From NCBI GenBank assembly GCA_000182565.2, contig KQ257463.1: a DNA stretch of 64,000 nt; one strand, written 5' to 3'. Made by a program: the position numbers and the translations under genes. The DNA comes from Spizellomyces punctatus DAOM BR117. Its lineage: Eukaryota. Below, piece after piece: positions 1 through 13,064 of the stretch. The stretch's first letter is position 1. Every line of letters starts with the position of its first letter. Below the pieces are notes generated by a model that was not told the origin of the DNA, searched no databases, and worked only from the letters and a program-made list of their open reading frames with translations.

Positions 1-10
1 GTGTCTTCAG

Positions 11-371
11 CATCTGGGATCTCCGTATGTGGTCTGCCGCAAGCAATCCACAACCTGCAGCCACGTTCAAATGGCATCAGGGACCTGTGACTTCGATTGA
101 GTGGAAACCCCACGAAAGTTCTGTCGTGGCTGTCGCGGGTGCGGACGATCAATTGACAATTTGGGATTTCGCTCTGGAGCGGGACGCTGAGGAGGAAACG
201 ACGATGACCACTGGGGTGGATGGGTCACAGGTTGAAGTACCGCCACAGTTGCTCTTCATCCATCAAGGCCAAAAACACATCAAAGAGGTTCATTGGCATG
301 GGCAGGTACCGGGGGTGTTGGTCAGTACGGCGTTTGATGGATTTAACATCTTCAAGACTATCAATTCATGA
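11..371 (+). CDS. RRB1: 3' end of WD40 ribosome-assembly/histone-binding protein (RRB1/GRWD1 family), partial at window edge
   Basis: FKWHQGPVTSIEW, ADDQLTIWD..LERD, VPPQLLFIHQGQKHIKEVHWH and STAFDGFNIFKTI match the GRWD1/Rrb1 C-terminus. Acceptor cag at 8-10. Confidence 0.9.
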
Positions 372-930
372 CGACGTACTGGACCACACATGTTTATAGA
401 AAAGTTGCTTTATTTTGTATATTTTTTGGCGTTAGTACTTTACAGAATATTTATTGCATGCATACATTTCTTGTCGAGTCAGACAAATCACACATTTTGG
501 TGGAGCCAAAGCAACTGTCGATCGTTATAAGGAGCTCGCGGACACTTTTTGCTTTGGAAAAATGTAAATCCAGTGTATATGTTTGCGTATCAGTAGCTAT
601 TTTACTTTAAAATGTCTAATATCATCGACAAGAACTGGGTCACAATGTTTATATCTTCATTGCTAGTCAATTAATCAACTGGGACGTGACATTAACCGGA
701 GAACCGGAGACTCGGAGACTCGGAGACACCGAGGCTTGTTCCAATTTTTCTTTTGACCTGACGTACCAGACCTTACACGTGACATTCGATCACCCGGCAA
801 TTTGGCTAGAGGAAGGGACTTTGGTCGCTCACTGTTGCCAAAATCGCAAGGTTAGAACTGGGACATTCTGCGCACTTCGAGCCGGTCTCGTCTCGCTTTG
901 TGATTTGGTGATCCCTACAGTCCACGTACA

Positions 931-3900
931 ATGGGTCCTGCTCCAGACCACTACACGGAATTGACTCCTAGGTGGAGCTGGCAGCTCGTTCTTCTATCCT
1001 ATGTAGTGGCCGTGTTGGTAAGTCCACGAGCTTTCTTTGCAGAAATAGCAAAGTGATTGAATAGTAACCTTCATGCTTGAATATAATTTTAGGGCTCCTA
1101 CACGACGACGCAACTTGTTATTCACGCAACGGGATGCAAGTCACGGACTTGGAAGCTTACGTGGTTGGGGTTGGCGGCTCTTACGCTAGGAGGTGTATGT
1201 ACTATGAACGTCGGGATGAGAGTTTTCGATGACAGCTAATATGGACTCGCACTAGTGCGGCATCTGGAGTATGCACTTTGTTGGAATCTTGGCAATGGAT
1301 CTGGTACGTTAAGGTCACCTGTTTGCCCGGGTCTGTCTGAGAGACACCAACCTAGTTGATTAGGGTATCCCCGTATCATATGATGTTCCCTTGACTGTTG
1401 GCAGTTTCTTGGTGACTGTGATCATTACCTTTTGCACATTTGCCGTTGATGAAGTTCTTGCCTTCTTGCAACAAATTCCGCGACGAAATTTGAATCTATT
1501 GTTTCCAACGTCCGACGAGGCAGGCTACCAGCGTGTTACGGGAACAAGTGGTGAAAATACCCCGGTATGGGACGAGGAGGAAGGTGGTGTTGGAATACTG
1601 AATCCACCAGAGTCACCACGCACATTTATCGAAAGGGACGAAGCTGACTCTGAAACATCGGCGATCGACGATATACCAATAGCACGGACCAACGTGGCAC
1701 CTTTCTGGTCACACCGCGCGGGGGCCAATTATGTATTGGGACGCATATTTTGGAAGTTCTGGCTCTCCCTCAGCATACCTGTCATGCTGAAGGGTTTCTT
1801 TTTAGCCCTCGCATATGCAGGTCGGTCTGTTTTGAAACGAAGATCTGTTTATCTCGACTTATGTTACTCATCAATGACTTTGTGTAGCCATGCATTACAT
1901 GGGAATGTTTGCGATGAAAATGGATGCGGTCATCGAGTGGAACCCTCTCTTTATCGTTTTGTCATTCCTGGATGCGTGGTTGATCTGTATTATTGCCTTC
2001 GTATTCAGTAAGCACTGGAAGAGTGATTTTCTTTGCCACGAGAGGATGTGCCTAATGACTATGCTTGCATAGTGCCTCAGCGAGTCGAATCTATGCGACA
2101 ATTCATTTTCAGCCTGGTAGCGGCAGCTGGCGCCGCTATCATGCACTACACGGGTAAGCAAAATATCAAATTCATGCAATATTCAAATTCCCGCTGACAT
2201 AGTATGTAGGAGTATATGCGGCCACTTTTTATACTACAACTCCACCTCCATATAACAAAGGAGCATATCCGTTGTATGTGGCCTTCTATATAATTGGTTT
2301 CGCTCTGGGAACCTGCTTTATTAGCTATATTATGCTGGCCAATATCGTCACCCAGTCTCGGAATCGTTTGGCAGAAATGATCACAACCAAACGACGACTG
2401 TGGAAAGTGTTGGCAGAGAAGGAGGCTGCCGAGAGGGCGAACAAAGTCAAAACGGATTTTATCTCGGTTGCTAGTCACGAAATTCGGGTAATTATATATC
2501 TGGTACTGGGATTTAATACCGATATCTTGAGGCCTTATCCCCTTACCTTCTATAGACCCCCCTTCACGCCATATCAGGATACACAGAGCTCCTGGAGCAA
2601 ACTAATTTAACCGAAGAGCAACGGAGTTACGTCGAAGCAATCAAGACTGGGTGCCACACAATCCAATTAATCACAACGAATGTGCTGGATTTCACCAAGC
2701 TGGAACGTGGAAATGCCGAAACACGGGCTAAACCGGTAGAGCTGGACATCCGCCTGGTAGCGGCTAACATCGTCAAGAGTTGCGCACCAAGCCCCCAGCA
2801 AACCAACGTGGACTTGATCCTAGTGGTGGAAGATGAGGTACCACAGCAGATTTTCATCGATGAGATCTATATAACACGAGTAGGTGAAATACTGCAGTTG
2901 TAACAGCAATTAGGTGCTTGCTGAGCGACAATCATGTCTAGGTTTTGATGAATCTTGTCAGCAATGCGATAAAGTTCACGAATGAAGGCTACGTCCTGCT
3001 GGCGCTGGAAATGGAGCGGAATGAACACGGTGATGATGTTCTGCTGATACGGGTGAAGGACACAGGCGTCGGTGAGTCCGCGTTCATCGGTGTGTTTATT
3101 GCGGATGCTTATGTCCGGCGACTAGGAGTACCGCCGGCGTTTAAGAATGCAATCTTCGAACCATTTAGACAAGCCGGTATGCTCACACGTGATCTAAGTA
3201 GATGAAGAATGTGCATATTCTAATATACACTTGTAGATACATCGCATACCAGGAAACACAATGGCGCAGGTAAGCGTAGTGCATTGTCATTTGACGGAAA
3301 ATCTCAAACTGACGTGCATATAGGCTTGGGACTTGCAATTTGCAAACAACTTATAACAATAATGCAAGGCACAATAGAGTTCCAGTCCACGGAGAAAGTA
3401 GGAACCGTTTTCAGCGTCCGGATACCGATTCAAAGTCCATGTAAACCTGATGCATCACTCGGTGCTGTATCCAAATACACTCACCGTGGACGGATTGCAT
3501 TACTCACTCGAAATCGCCTGTCATTTGACCTCCTGAAGACGCTATGGACGAACCGTGGATTTTGCATCATAAATTCACCCGAAAATATACCAGAAGCGGA
3601 TCTGCCTGAGGCCTTGCGTCAAGCAGATATTATTTGGACGGATATAGAGATCTTTAACCAGAAACCTGCTTTAAAAGATGTGGTCAATACCTCCAAACCG
3701 CTGTTCATCTGCTACCAGGAAACCGACGTGGATTTGGATATGGCTTCCCTGGGAGGAAATGTGGTTGGCGTTAAGAGACCGATCATCGTTCATCTTATCG
3801 AAGAGTGGTTACAGAACCCTGATCGCAAGCTAGAAAACGATGGAATGGTGCATTCAGTCGCCGAATCATCAACATCGATTGAGAGAACAAGCGCCGAGTA

Positions 3901-4624
3901 CATAGTACCCGTAACGAAAGCAAAGCAAGTCTCATCTGGTAAGACGAAGGAAGTTCGATTTTCTGTTGAGAACGGAAATCGACAGATCGTCAACGGAGCG
4001 GAGGCCGTGGCTCGTACTGATAGCGGTGCTGAGTTGTTGGCGGTCCCTGATTCGCCGGCACGGGAAAAGACGCAATCACAAGATGAGAATCGTGAGAGCA
4101 GATTGATCCATCCGTCCAATGTCTCCCACTCAAAAGGTTCTGTCTTGTTGGTTGAGGACAACGTGGTACGTTGGTGCTGGTTTCGGTACCGATCAACCCT
4201 GGGGGCGACTCTCTTTCTCATTGTCATTTATCACCGATAGGTCAATCAACGATTAGGCTTTCGTCTCCTCCAGAAACTGGGTTACGATGCCACACTCGCG
4301 ACCAATGGGCTAGAAGCAGTCCAAACTCTACAAGCCAATCCTCTGAAATTCGACGTAGTACTGATGGATTGCCAAATGCCCGTCATGTCTGGCTCTGAAG
4401 CTACCAAACGCATAAGAGCAATGGAACGACAAGGCATTGTCTTTGCCCGGAGAACGGAGTCAATGGAGGGTAGCCCACCCAGAAGGCTCCCTATTATTGC
4501 CTTAACAGCAAATGTCAGCGCCGAGAGTCGCGTAGAATGTGAAACGGCCGGAATGGATTTATTTTTGCCGAAGCCGCTAAAGATGGGGGACCTGGGGAAT
4601 GCTTTAGAGAGATTTCTCAAATGA
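931..4624 (+). CDS. Hybrid sensor histidine kinase: MHYT membrane sensor + HisKA + HATPase_c + receiver (multi-exon)
   Basis: N-terminal TM helices with IWSMHFVG, MHYMG and IMHYTG motifs. H-box DFISVASHEIR|TPL, N-box MNLVSNAIKFT, G1 VKDTGVG, F-box IFEPFRQA, G2 GLGLAIC. Receiver VLLVEDN..DVVLMDCQMP..IIALTAN..FLPKP. Confidence 0.92.
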
Positions 4625-5488
4625 GATGGACTTCAAAATGGGAATGGTTCTTGAAATCACGACGTATGGACATGATTGTACTGGAAAAACTGTTAAGACT
4701 TTTTGGAAAGGGCGACACTATTGTATAGGAGGACTGTTCGCCCTATGTACACTTTCGTTTTGTTTTTACCTCTCTGTATCATAAATGGTCGAGTTAATTA
4801 GATATATTAGACTTTGGCAGTATCGGACAAGATTTTCCTTTGATATAGCATCCTGCCGTTCTTGCACGCCTAATACGAAAAACACTCCTTTGAAAAGTTT
4901 ATATTGCGCTGACTGCGAGTGAATCAAACATCGCATCGTATTCGGAAGTTTTATCTTGCCCGCATGCACCTACCAGCTAGGACCTTCCTGAACATTCGGA
5001 ACCAAGTCAGCATTTGCTATCAACTCTCATTCTCCATCAATTACATTCACTCTTCATCATTGTTGATCAGTCCATGATTGGTCGATCGTGACATGTAAAC
5101 ATTACAAACTGTTGGGTCGCAGATTTTCCCCGACCTCTGCCATTACAGATATCGTATTGTTTCCGCCCCAACAAGACGCGAGGACCCGTATTTACTTGCT
5201 GATCGTGTCAATGAACATCATGCAGGTGGCTTTGCTTCGCTTAAAGAAGCCTGCAGATCCGTGACAAAGGGAAAAGAGGGAAGAGGGAATGCCAAGGGTC
5301 GGAAGACAATAAAACATCGTGTGGCTACAGGCAAGGCTTGGCGATGCTCCCGCAGAAAAAAGCATAAAACCCCCATCACAGGTTGCCCCTCCTCGAGCCA
5401 ACCTTTTGCTTGAGACCCCACATACCTTCAGGTCTGAGAAATCGCAACTCTTGGTACATTACCTTTTGTATATTGAAAACGGATCGTC

Positions 5489-5878
5489 ATGGCTACTTTC
5501 ACTCCTATTCTGGTCAATGCTCACCACATCGAAGCGTCCACCTTCGGAAATGACCGTAATGGTGATAAGCCGTTCATGATACCGGATGACCGACGAGACA
5601 GTGCCGTCGAATTTACCTCTTGCAAATCATCTGAAGACATGGAAGACATGGACTACAGTACTCAGCGCACGAAGCTGCAGACTCAGGTGGACGAACTGGG
5701 GTACAAGATCGCACCTTCCGTCCATATTCCTCGCCTCACTCGCCGTGATCGTCGTCGGCTTCGCCAGCTGGAGTACGAGCTTCGCATGGCCTGGCGTCCT
5801 ATCGGCAAAGACATTGCCAATCACATTTACGAATCAGATGTCTTGGCTGAGGTTGGGATTCCTCCCTTGGCCGCTTGA
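5489..5878 (+). CDS. Small hypothetical protein (129 aa)
   Basis: ATG-initiated ORF with coding-like composition in an otherwise empty 1.7-kb interval. No recognisable domain. Confidence 0.45.
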   Translation: MATFTPILVNAHHIEASTFGNDRNGDKPFMIPDDRRDSAVEFTSCKSSEDMEDMDYSTQRTKLQTQVDELGYKIAPSVHIPRLTRRDRRRLRQLEYELRMAWRPIGKDIANHIYESDVLAEVGIPPLAA

Positions 5879-6352
5879 TTAAATGTTCACACTATCTGGT
5901 CGTATGGTACCCGTACGGTATACCACCTGTAAATGAAGCCTCTGGACTGTTTGTGTCAATTTCCCATGTTATTTCAAGTTTTGATGTTTTGAAGGAAGGA
6001 AAGGAGTTTCAAATGTTATTTTTGCAAAGTCGATTTGTAAATAGATGAACCGTCAGTTCTTGCACAAAGAACTATCCAGTATTCTGGTGTACACCTTAAA
6101 TACAATCTTCTCAATGTAAAATTTATGATTTTGCAATGTTTCCAGTACTCGTCGGGTTACATTTACTAGTCCTAGAAGTGTTTTTCTTTTTAAAACGCAC
6201 AAAGCTCTATGGTATGTACATGGTTGCGGATTCGACATGAGCAAACGACTCACGAACCTCAGCGCAAACGCATCCACTTAGATACGACCACAGAAGTCTA
6301 CAAGGATATCCAAAAAACGGCAGGTGTGCTATACTACTAAACAGAGCTTAGT

Positions 6353-8203
6353 CTACAAATGCTTCACCACTCTCCCTCCTTCCAGTGTCAGGAGCCTGTC
6401 CACCGATGCCGGAATCTCCTCCAAGCAGTGGGTCACAAATATCAAAGTCTGGTCCCTGCGTAATTTCGTATCCAACCATCTTTTGGCACGCTCTACCGCC
6501 TCTTCGTCCAGTCCTTGGAAGGGCTCGTCCAAGACCAGTAGTCGCGGCTCCTTTATAAGAGCACGGACAAAAAGAACGAAGCGCTGTTCGCCTGTCGACA
6601 ATTGCCGAAAAGGGCGATCTCCGAGATGTTCAATGCAAAATTCGGATAAATAAGCGTTGATCACCTTGTCTTGCGCGGGAGTAGGGGAGCGGATGAGAGC
6701 AGGAATATCAAAGAAGCCGGTAGCGATGACTTCTCGGCACGTTAGCGGTTTTGTAAAGTACATGTGGAGTTCCGGTGACGAAAAGCCTGTTTGGCATTTA
6801 ATGTCCCACTATCGTGCAATGAGGGAAAGCATGTCAGATTAATTGTAAAGTACAAGGTGCGAATGAATGATCGGCCCTTTGAACTTACAATAGTCTCCCC
6901 GGTTCCTCGTTTCTTTCCAAACAGCGATATGTCATTTGAATAAGCTTGTGGGTTGTCACCGAGAAGCAGAGACAATAAAGTACTCTTGCCCGATCCTGCA
7001 CATCGGATACAGCATGAGACGAGTGTCGTATGTATAAGACTGAGGGAAACAGTCACTGACCATTATGTCCCATAAGCGCCCAACGTTCACCAGCCCTTAC
7101 TGTCCATGAGACATCGCGCAAGATGGGAGTTCCGCCAAATGACACGTTCACGTTCTGCAGTTCTATCACTGGCTCACTCAGACTTTCCACATCTACATGC
7201 TTCTTATTGTCAAATCCTTGGTGTTGCGAAAGGATACTTTCCGTCGGGGCTTGCTGCGCCCATTGTTCCCTTAGTCCTTGCCACCGAATAGTCCTGTCGC
7301 GATTTAACAGAAGGACATGTGTCACCCATTCTGGCAGTTCATCCTGAGGTCGCAATGTGAGGATAACCTCCGTCAAACCCTGGTCAGCGACTTGTCCGAG
7401 CAGATCTGAGATTTCTCGTCTACTTTTGACATCAAGACCCACTGGAAGGAACGCGAAGAAGGTGGTGAGGTCATGTTCCAATACTAAAGGCACAATATCA
7501 GGGCTGCCTTACTGAATGGCTCGTCGACAAGAAGATAGTGCGGCTTGGCCAGCAAAAACTTTGCAATCCTTGCTCTACGCATCTGGCCGTTTGATAGCTT
7601 CATAAATGATAAATCCAAATGATGACCAAGGCCAACTCTTTCAGCCGCCTCCAGAACTTGTCTGCCCACATTCTTCGTTATAGACTCTTCCTCCTGGCCC
7701 TTCAGAGAAGACTCTAGATATGCACGTAGCGTGATGTCCTCCCACTCATCAATATACTCGAATCGCTGCTGATAATAGTGTTTGCTGAAATCAAAGAGCC
7801 CTGACTCTTCTTTGAAGGAAACATGGCGTACTAGATCTTGGGGCCACAGAGACAAATGAGAGAACTCTTTCGGCTGAGCTTCGGAGAGAGGTTCGATGAA
7901 GGGATATACCACAGTTCCGGTTGGATGTGCTCGTAGTTTGCCCATCAATACCTCGCACATGCTAGTTTTGCCCGAACCGAGGGGGCCAATAATTGCCCAA
8001 CGCTCTTTTTCATTTATATTCCAAGACAGATTTTTGAAGACGGGAGCAGAGGACGGACCGTATCTAAAAAGGTTTGCTTGGTTGATGGTGATGGAAGGGA
8101 CGCGCCCTGATATCTTGTTTTGAGGTAAAGAAGTATTGGCTTTTGAATGCTGATGTCGGCAGGATACGTATAACCAGCGCATCCGCAAACTTGGTGAAGG
8201 CAT
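6353..8203 (-). CDS. Soluble twin-domain ABC ATPase (ModF / yeast YDR061W-like), multi-exon
   Basis: NBD1: GPLGSGKT, LSNGQ, LLVDEP. NBD2: GHNG|SGKST, LSTGE, LVLDEP, IFVTH. No TM domain. RGTGETI and P+AY+ND+.LFG segments are typical of ModF-like ATPases. Confidence 0.88.
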
Positions 8204-8703
8204 CTTTCCGGCAGCAGGAGCCAACGAGGTTGAAATAAGGAAGGGAAAAGCTCGGAAACATTGGACTTCCGTAGATATCTCATCCTTGGGAAGCTGTGCC
8301 ACATGATTGAATCAGTCACGGCATTCGATCAAAAACGTTTATTCCATGTATTTTCATCTCTGAACTGGCAAGTAGCAATTCTCGTATTTGCAAATACCAC
8401 ACTACGGTTGCATAAAAATGCCACTCCGTAGCTGCTGGTTCCCAACACACAGAGAGGCCCAACTGTTTAGATGGGCTCATGAAAGCCATAAGAAAAAGAA
8501 TAATAGCCAGATCCTTCCTGGTTGATGTTAAAATCAAGGGACAGCCAAGCCCTTTTGCATTTACGTAGCTTGCTCCAAGGATACTGGGAGCTCACCACAG
8601 TGGATTGGTTTGTTACGTAAACTGCTATTCTTAAGACACGGCAACGACCCTCAAAACCAATGTTGCCTGTTCAGTATTGGGGTGTTTTAGGTAAACCACG
8701 AAC

Positions 8704-9088
8704 ATGTCGTCCTTGTTACTTTTCAGATATAAGTCTCTGCATCAGCGAGGATGCTATACATTTTGCGCACGCTATTTGAGTAAGAAAACGAATGCTGGGG
8801 AGGTACCTCTGACGAAAGAAGAACAGCAAGGTTGGGAAGAACAGAAGCGTGCCATTCGCGATCTGCGAGCCAAGATTCGGCAAAAGGAAGCCGCTTTGCG
8901 TGTGCGCTCCGGACTTACTGCGGATCTATCAACGTATGTACCAAGGATCATTAACAGCTGGAGTTCATTGAGACATTTTTTCAATGTTCTCCCTTTCCAG
9001 AAACAGAGATATGGTAGAAGGAGCATCTCGTCGTCATCAGCCTGCTGAAAGGGAATCTAGCGAAACAGGCCCCGGCGAAGCAAAGTAA
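8704..9088 (+). CDS. Small hypothetical protein with presequence-like N-terminus and short coiled coil (2 exons)
   Basis: Arg/Ser/Leu-rich acid-free N-terminus, then EEQKRAIRDLRAKIRQKEAAL. Intron gtatgt (8934)..ttccag (9000) restores frame to TAA at 9086-9088. Confidence 0.45.
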
Positions 9089-9901
9089 CGGCTGTTCAAT
9101 ACCATCAAAGATAGTGCACAAGATCTGCACCGGCATTCCCATTTGCACTTCGCCATGTAAATGCAATAAATTTTCTTCAAGTCACTGCTGATCATCCTTG
9201 GAGGGTTCATGATGGGCTGCCAGTGCAAGGGCGCGTGTTACCCATCAGCCTAATATCCCATCACTTGAAGGACTCATCCCGCAACTGATGGGCGGGCACT
9301 AGTCCTACTTGTACTGCTGTGAAAGCCTGCACAAACATCCCTTTACAGAGCAACTGACCAAGGAAAGATCAATAGCGGGATCTCTTGCAATCCACTGAAC
9401 GCTACACGGAAATGTGTCGTTTCCCGCGCAATGTCAAAGTTGACCTTTATAATGTTTTATCCCAAAGCGGCCCGCTAAAAAGGTATCCCATATGGTACCA
9501 ATGTTTAGAGATCATGAACAAAGCTGCTCAGGCGAAGGCTGGCGGCATAATAAAGAAAAGCGCCTGCAATTTGACCAGTAACCCCGTCTATTTTCAATAC
9601 CACTGCACCAAAACACAGCACTATTTCACGATCGCCGCTTGTTATCCCACCCACCTGTATCTGAACCAAGTGGAAAACAACCGGTCAACCCATGTTATTA
9701 AGTGGTTTTGGTGGTAATAATAGCCGAACCTCTCATTGGCTGCACGTGATAGACACTGTCTGTCAAAACGAAAAAATGCTATTCATGATCGACGATTCGT
9801 AAGCAGATCTCACGAGCTTGCTTTCTCACTAATGTAAGACTTCGGCTTTTCCTTTTCTTTCTTGTTCTTCCCATTCTTCATTGCCAACTTTACGACTTGC
9901 C

Positions 9902-11717
9902 ATGGCCGCTACAGGAACCATCACTCATTACCTTACCGTAACGGGCAGAGAATACCTAGCGAATACTGGCATCGCTAGCAGCGAGCTAGCATCGGTTAAT
10001 TTTGACAGCGGGCTCTTTCCTTACGCCCGTGACAAGCTACGACGTCAAAAGAATTGGCGACAAGACGGCAATGTACATTTTGTATACCATGGGGCAACGT
10101 CCGGCGGCAGGCGTCCTTCTGCGGAGGATACAATTCTCGATCCTCCAACAACTGTCGATTTGACAGGAAAGCATCTGGCATTGTTCTCTGCCATACGGGA
10201 CCCGACTAGGAGACCCAACGAATGTTTCCTCTGCAGCAAGGAGATGAATCTGGTTGGATGGCATGGTATAACCATTTCATCTGTTTCATTATGTCAAATT
10301 GTCCATACGTCGTTTGACAGCGGATTTCAGCCTTTGACAGGATGCCAGTAATTCCAGCGCCACTCGCTCCCCAGGCGCCCACTATTGCTCAGGTTGAAGA
10401 GCCTTGTCTAAGCACAGCTGTAACACAGAGAGTACTCAATGCAGCTTGTGTGCTTACCGACATGCTTGTTCACCCCGTCGGAACGTACCAGGCCGCCAAA
10501 GACGTCATCGTGGATACGCTTCCTGTAGTCAAAGAAGTAGTAACATCCCCGATCAAGGTGGCGCAAGAGGCAACAAGCGACATTGCTGCCACCGCGGCAA
10601 GACTTAGTGGGCTGAGGATCAGTTCGAGGGAGCCTTGGGTATGACCGTGAATGACCGATTACGAATCCCAGAACTATCTTTTTTGATCCCACTTTTGTTA
10701 GGCTTTCTTGGATGACCTTGCCGAGGATACTGGTACAGAAGATCCAATCGAGTCAGATGAAGAAGAGGAAGAAGAAGAAGAAGAACAAAAAGACCAAGAA
10801 GAAGTAGAACAAGAGAAAGGTCCCACTATCGCCGGAGTTAGCGAGGAGTTACAGATTCAGTTTACAGAGCTTCTTAAGGCGCTCGACCGCCGTTTTGACA
10901 AAATCGATGACAAACTCGACCGTCGTTTTGCAAAAATCGACCGTCGTTTTGCGAAAATCGATAGGACTATGGGTGCCATGTTTGAATACGTTGGACGTGG
11001 GCAAGTTTTGGCTCATGTAAAAAGGATCTTCAACATTGATGAGACAGCTATTGTGGAAGGTATGAAACTCCAAGGACGGGAGTTTGCGAAGGAAGGTACA
11101 TATTTATCTATCAACATGTAATCTACCATTGAGAATTCAACGATAGTCTGGTGGGCATGCGCACAGAAAACGAACCCTCTTTTCGACGACTTTGGACTGC
11201 TCTAAGGCAAAATTATGAGACACAATGGACAAGAGATGCGATCCCTGTCAAGATGAAGCCTGCAAAGATTGAAATCAACTTTCTTTATTTTTGCTACCAT
11301 TCGGGAATCTCTGGCACCTCGATCGTGTCGCCACCCTGGGCTAGTCCTAAAGCGCCGCTCGATCAGGACTTCGAAGCATCGCGGTCTGCAACTGGTGTAG
11401 GAAAGATTATGTCGGCATTGGGATTTTCCGCACCCAACGCAATCTTAGTCGGAGAGATGACCATAAGCGGCCTCGAACTAAACAACAAAGCCACGAAAAG
11501 AAAACTAGGACAATTGGAGCGTGCAATCGTGTTTTTATGCACTCACTATTCGATCAAGCCTACCCGTATTTTCGCTTTCCTCCACACGCTTGGACGCTTG
11601 CGCGCCCCAGCACGGCAGTTTCGTGATGATTTATTTGGTCCGAATGGGTATGCACGATCATTTCCGATCCTTGCTCGGCTGGCCAGAGAAGAGAGATTTG
11701 TGATGGTGCCTGCATAA
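9902..11717 (+). CDS. Putative coiled-coil + PD-(D/E)XK (restriction-endonuclease-fold)-like protein, Crinkler-like architecture; last splice junction uncertain
   Basis: Exons 9902-10252, 10321-10638 and 10702-~11095 join in frame. Acidic tract and DRRF(A/D)KI heptads, then GAMFE..KIEINFL..ILVGEMT..KLGQLERAIVFL in the order of REase motifs I-IV. Confidence 0.5.
10882..10964 (+). repeat. Coding 21-bp tandem repeat (DRRF[A/D]KI heptads)
   Basis: GACCGYCGTTTTG..AAAATC occurs three times, plus partial copies. Confidence 0.9.
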
Positions 11718-13064
11718 AACAATTATGAGCTGCGTATGTCATATCAACCAAGCGGGACTGTTTGATTTTTGATTTCCCGTTCACCATTGTTCGTCCTGAC
11801 TACCGTATTCGGCATATGTACATCGTGATTTGCAGATATTGTCTGTGAAATATGGTCTGTTATAACAATGCATTGTCGCATGGTCGTATGAAATCGTAAA
11901 ATGTATCACAATACGTTAACTCGGCGTGCCCTGAAATACATGACTGTGCTGATACCATCCGTGTCGGAAATGCCCATTGCTTTCCCTGGCTTATTTTTCC
12001 GGTATCTGCTTATTTCAAGATATTATCTCATCGGTATTAATTAGTGCCTCCCAAGTTACAATCTTACAGCTGTTTGAAAAATACTTCCCGTATGTAGTAA
12101 AAAATAAAGACTTACCAGGGTATACACAACATATAGAGAAGTGCTTTCTTAGGATGAAAATAAGCTGCATCTTCTGTCAAGTGCCGTTGCACGCACGGAC
12201 TTGTACAAGTCGTATCGATGTATTCACCAGACAAGCGGTTCGAATGGATATATATGTGCAGGTGGGTGGGCAGACTAAATACTGGCCATATGTTAACTAG
12301 TGTGAACACATGCATGCAACGCATTTGAAAGAGACCTGAAAAATAAAGAAGATGAAGTTTATTATTCTTTATATCGTATGGAAGTATAGTTGAAATCGAA
12401 CCAGTGCTCAGCTTGTCCGATGAATACATTGATAGGAGTAGTACAACCCCTACAAGTCGTATCTATGACCATCTTTGCTCCTATAGTTAGGTATTTTGCA
12501 ATGGTTCCTTTAGCTCTACTTCTCGCATCGATGTTATTCACTCAGCGCACCCAGGCATTAACCAGTTTCGGTCAGTCGCCTAAGCGATGAGTGCTACCCA
12601 AACACATATAATTCAATGTTGTCCGGGGAATCCATCGATACGAGTTCTACATGCGCGTTCCTAATGCTGCCACGCATCTTTTATTCAGATTTTCGGTGGC
12701 CAAAACGGCGGGACGATACCCACCGGAACAGAATGCTTTCACAGCAGTAATTGAAGTAACGGAATCAAGATGACAGGCCCCCGACGGACGTTGCCCCGAT
12801 TGGAATTCTCCAGCCTTAAACCTGTGGAGGACACCCGTTTTGGGGGCAGCTTTCACATAATACAATATAAATGTGGTTGTCCAGCGTGTGGCGCAGCCGT
12901 TGATGATTCCGTAATGATAATGTGTTGCCATGCAACATGAAAACCAATCAACTGAGGTGGCGTATTTGCCGTCTATAAAAACGCGTCGCGTTCGCCTTTC
13001 CTCCCCCATCGTGTGTTGATCTCTTGAGGTAGGTTCTCGCACTGTAGACATCTTGAGTGAGAGT

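Noticed and set aside
696-734. Short GGAGACTC-type repeats upstream of the kinase (also a 19-bp duplication at 27267-27304)
   Set aside because: Small local duplications with no further support for function.
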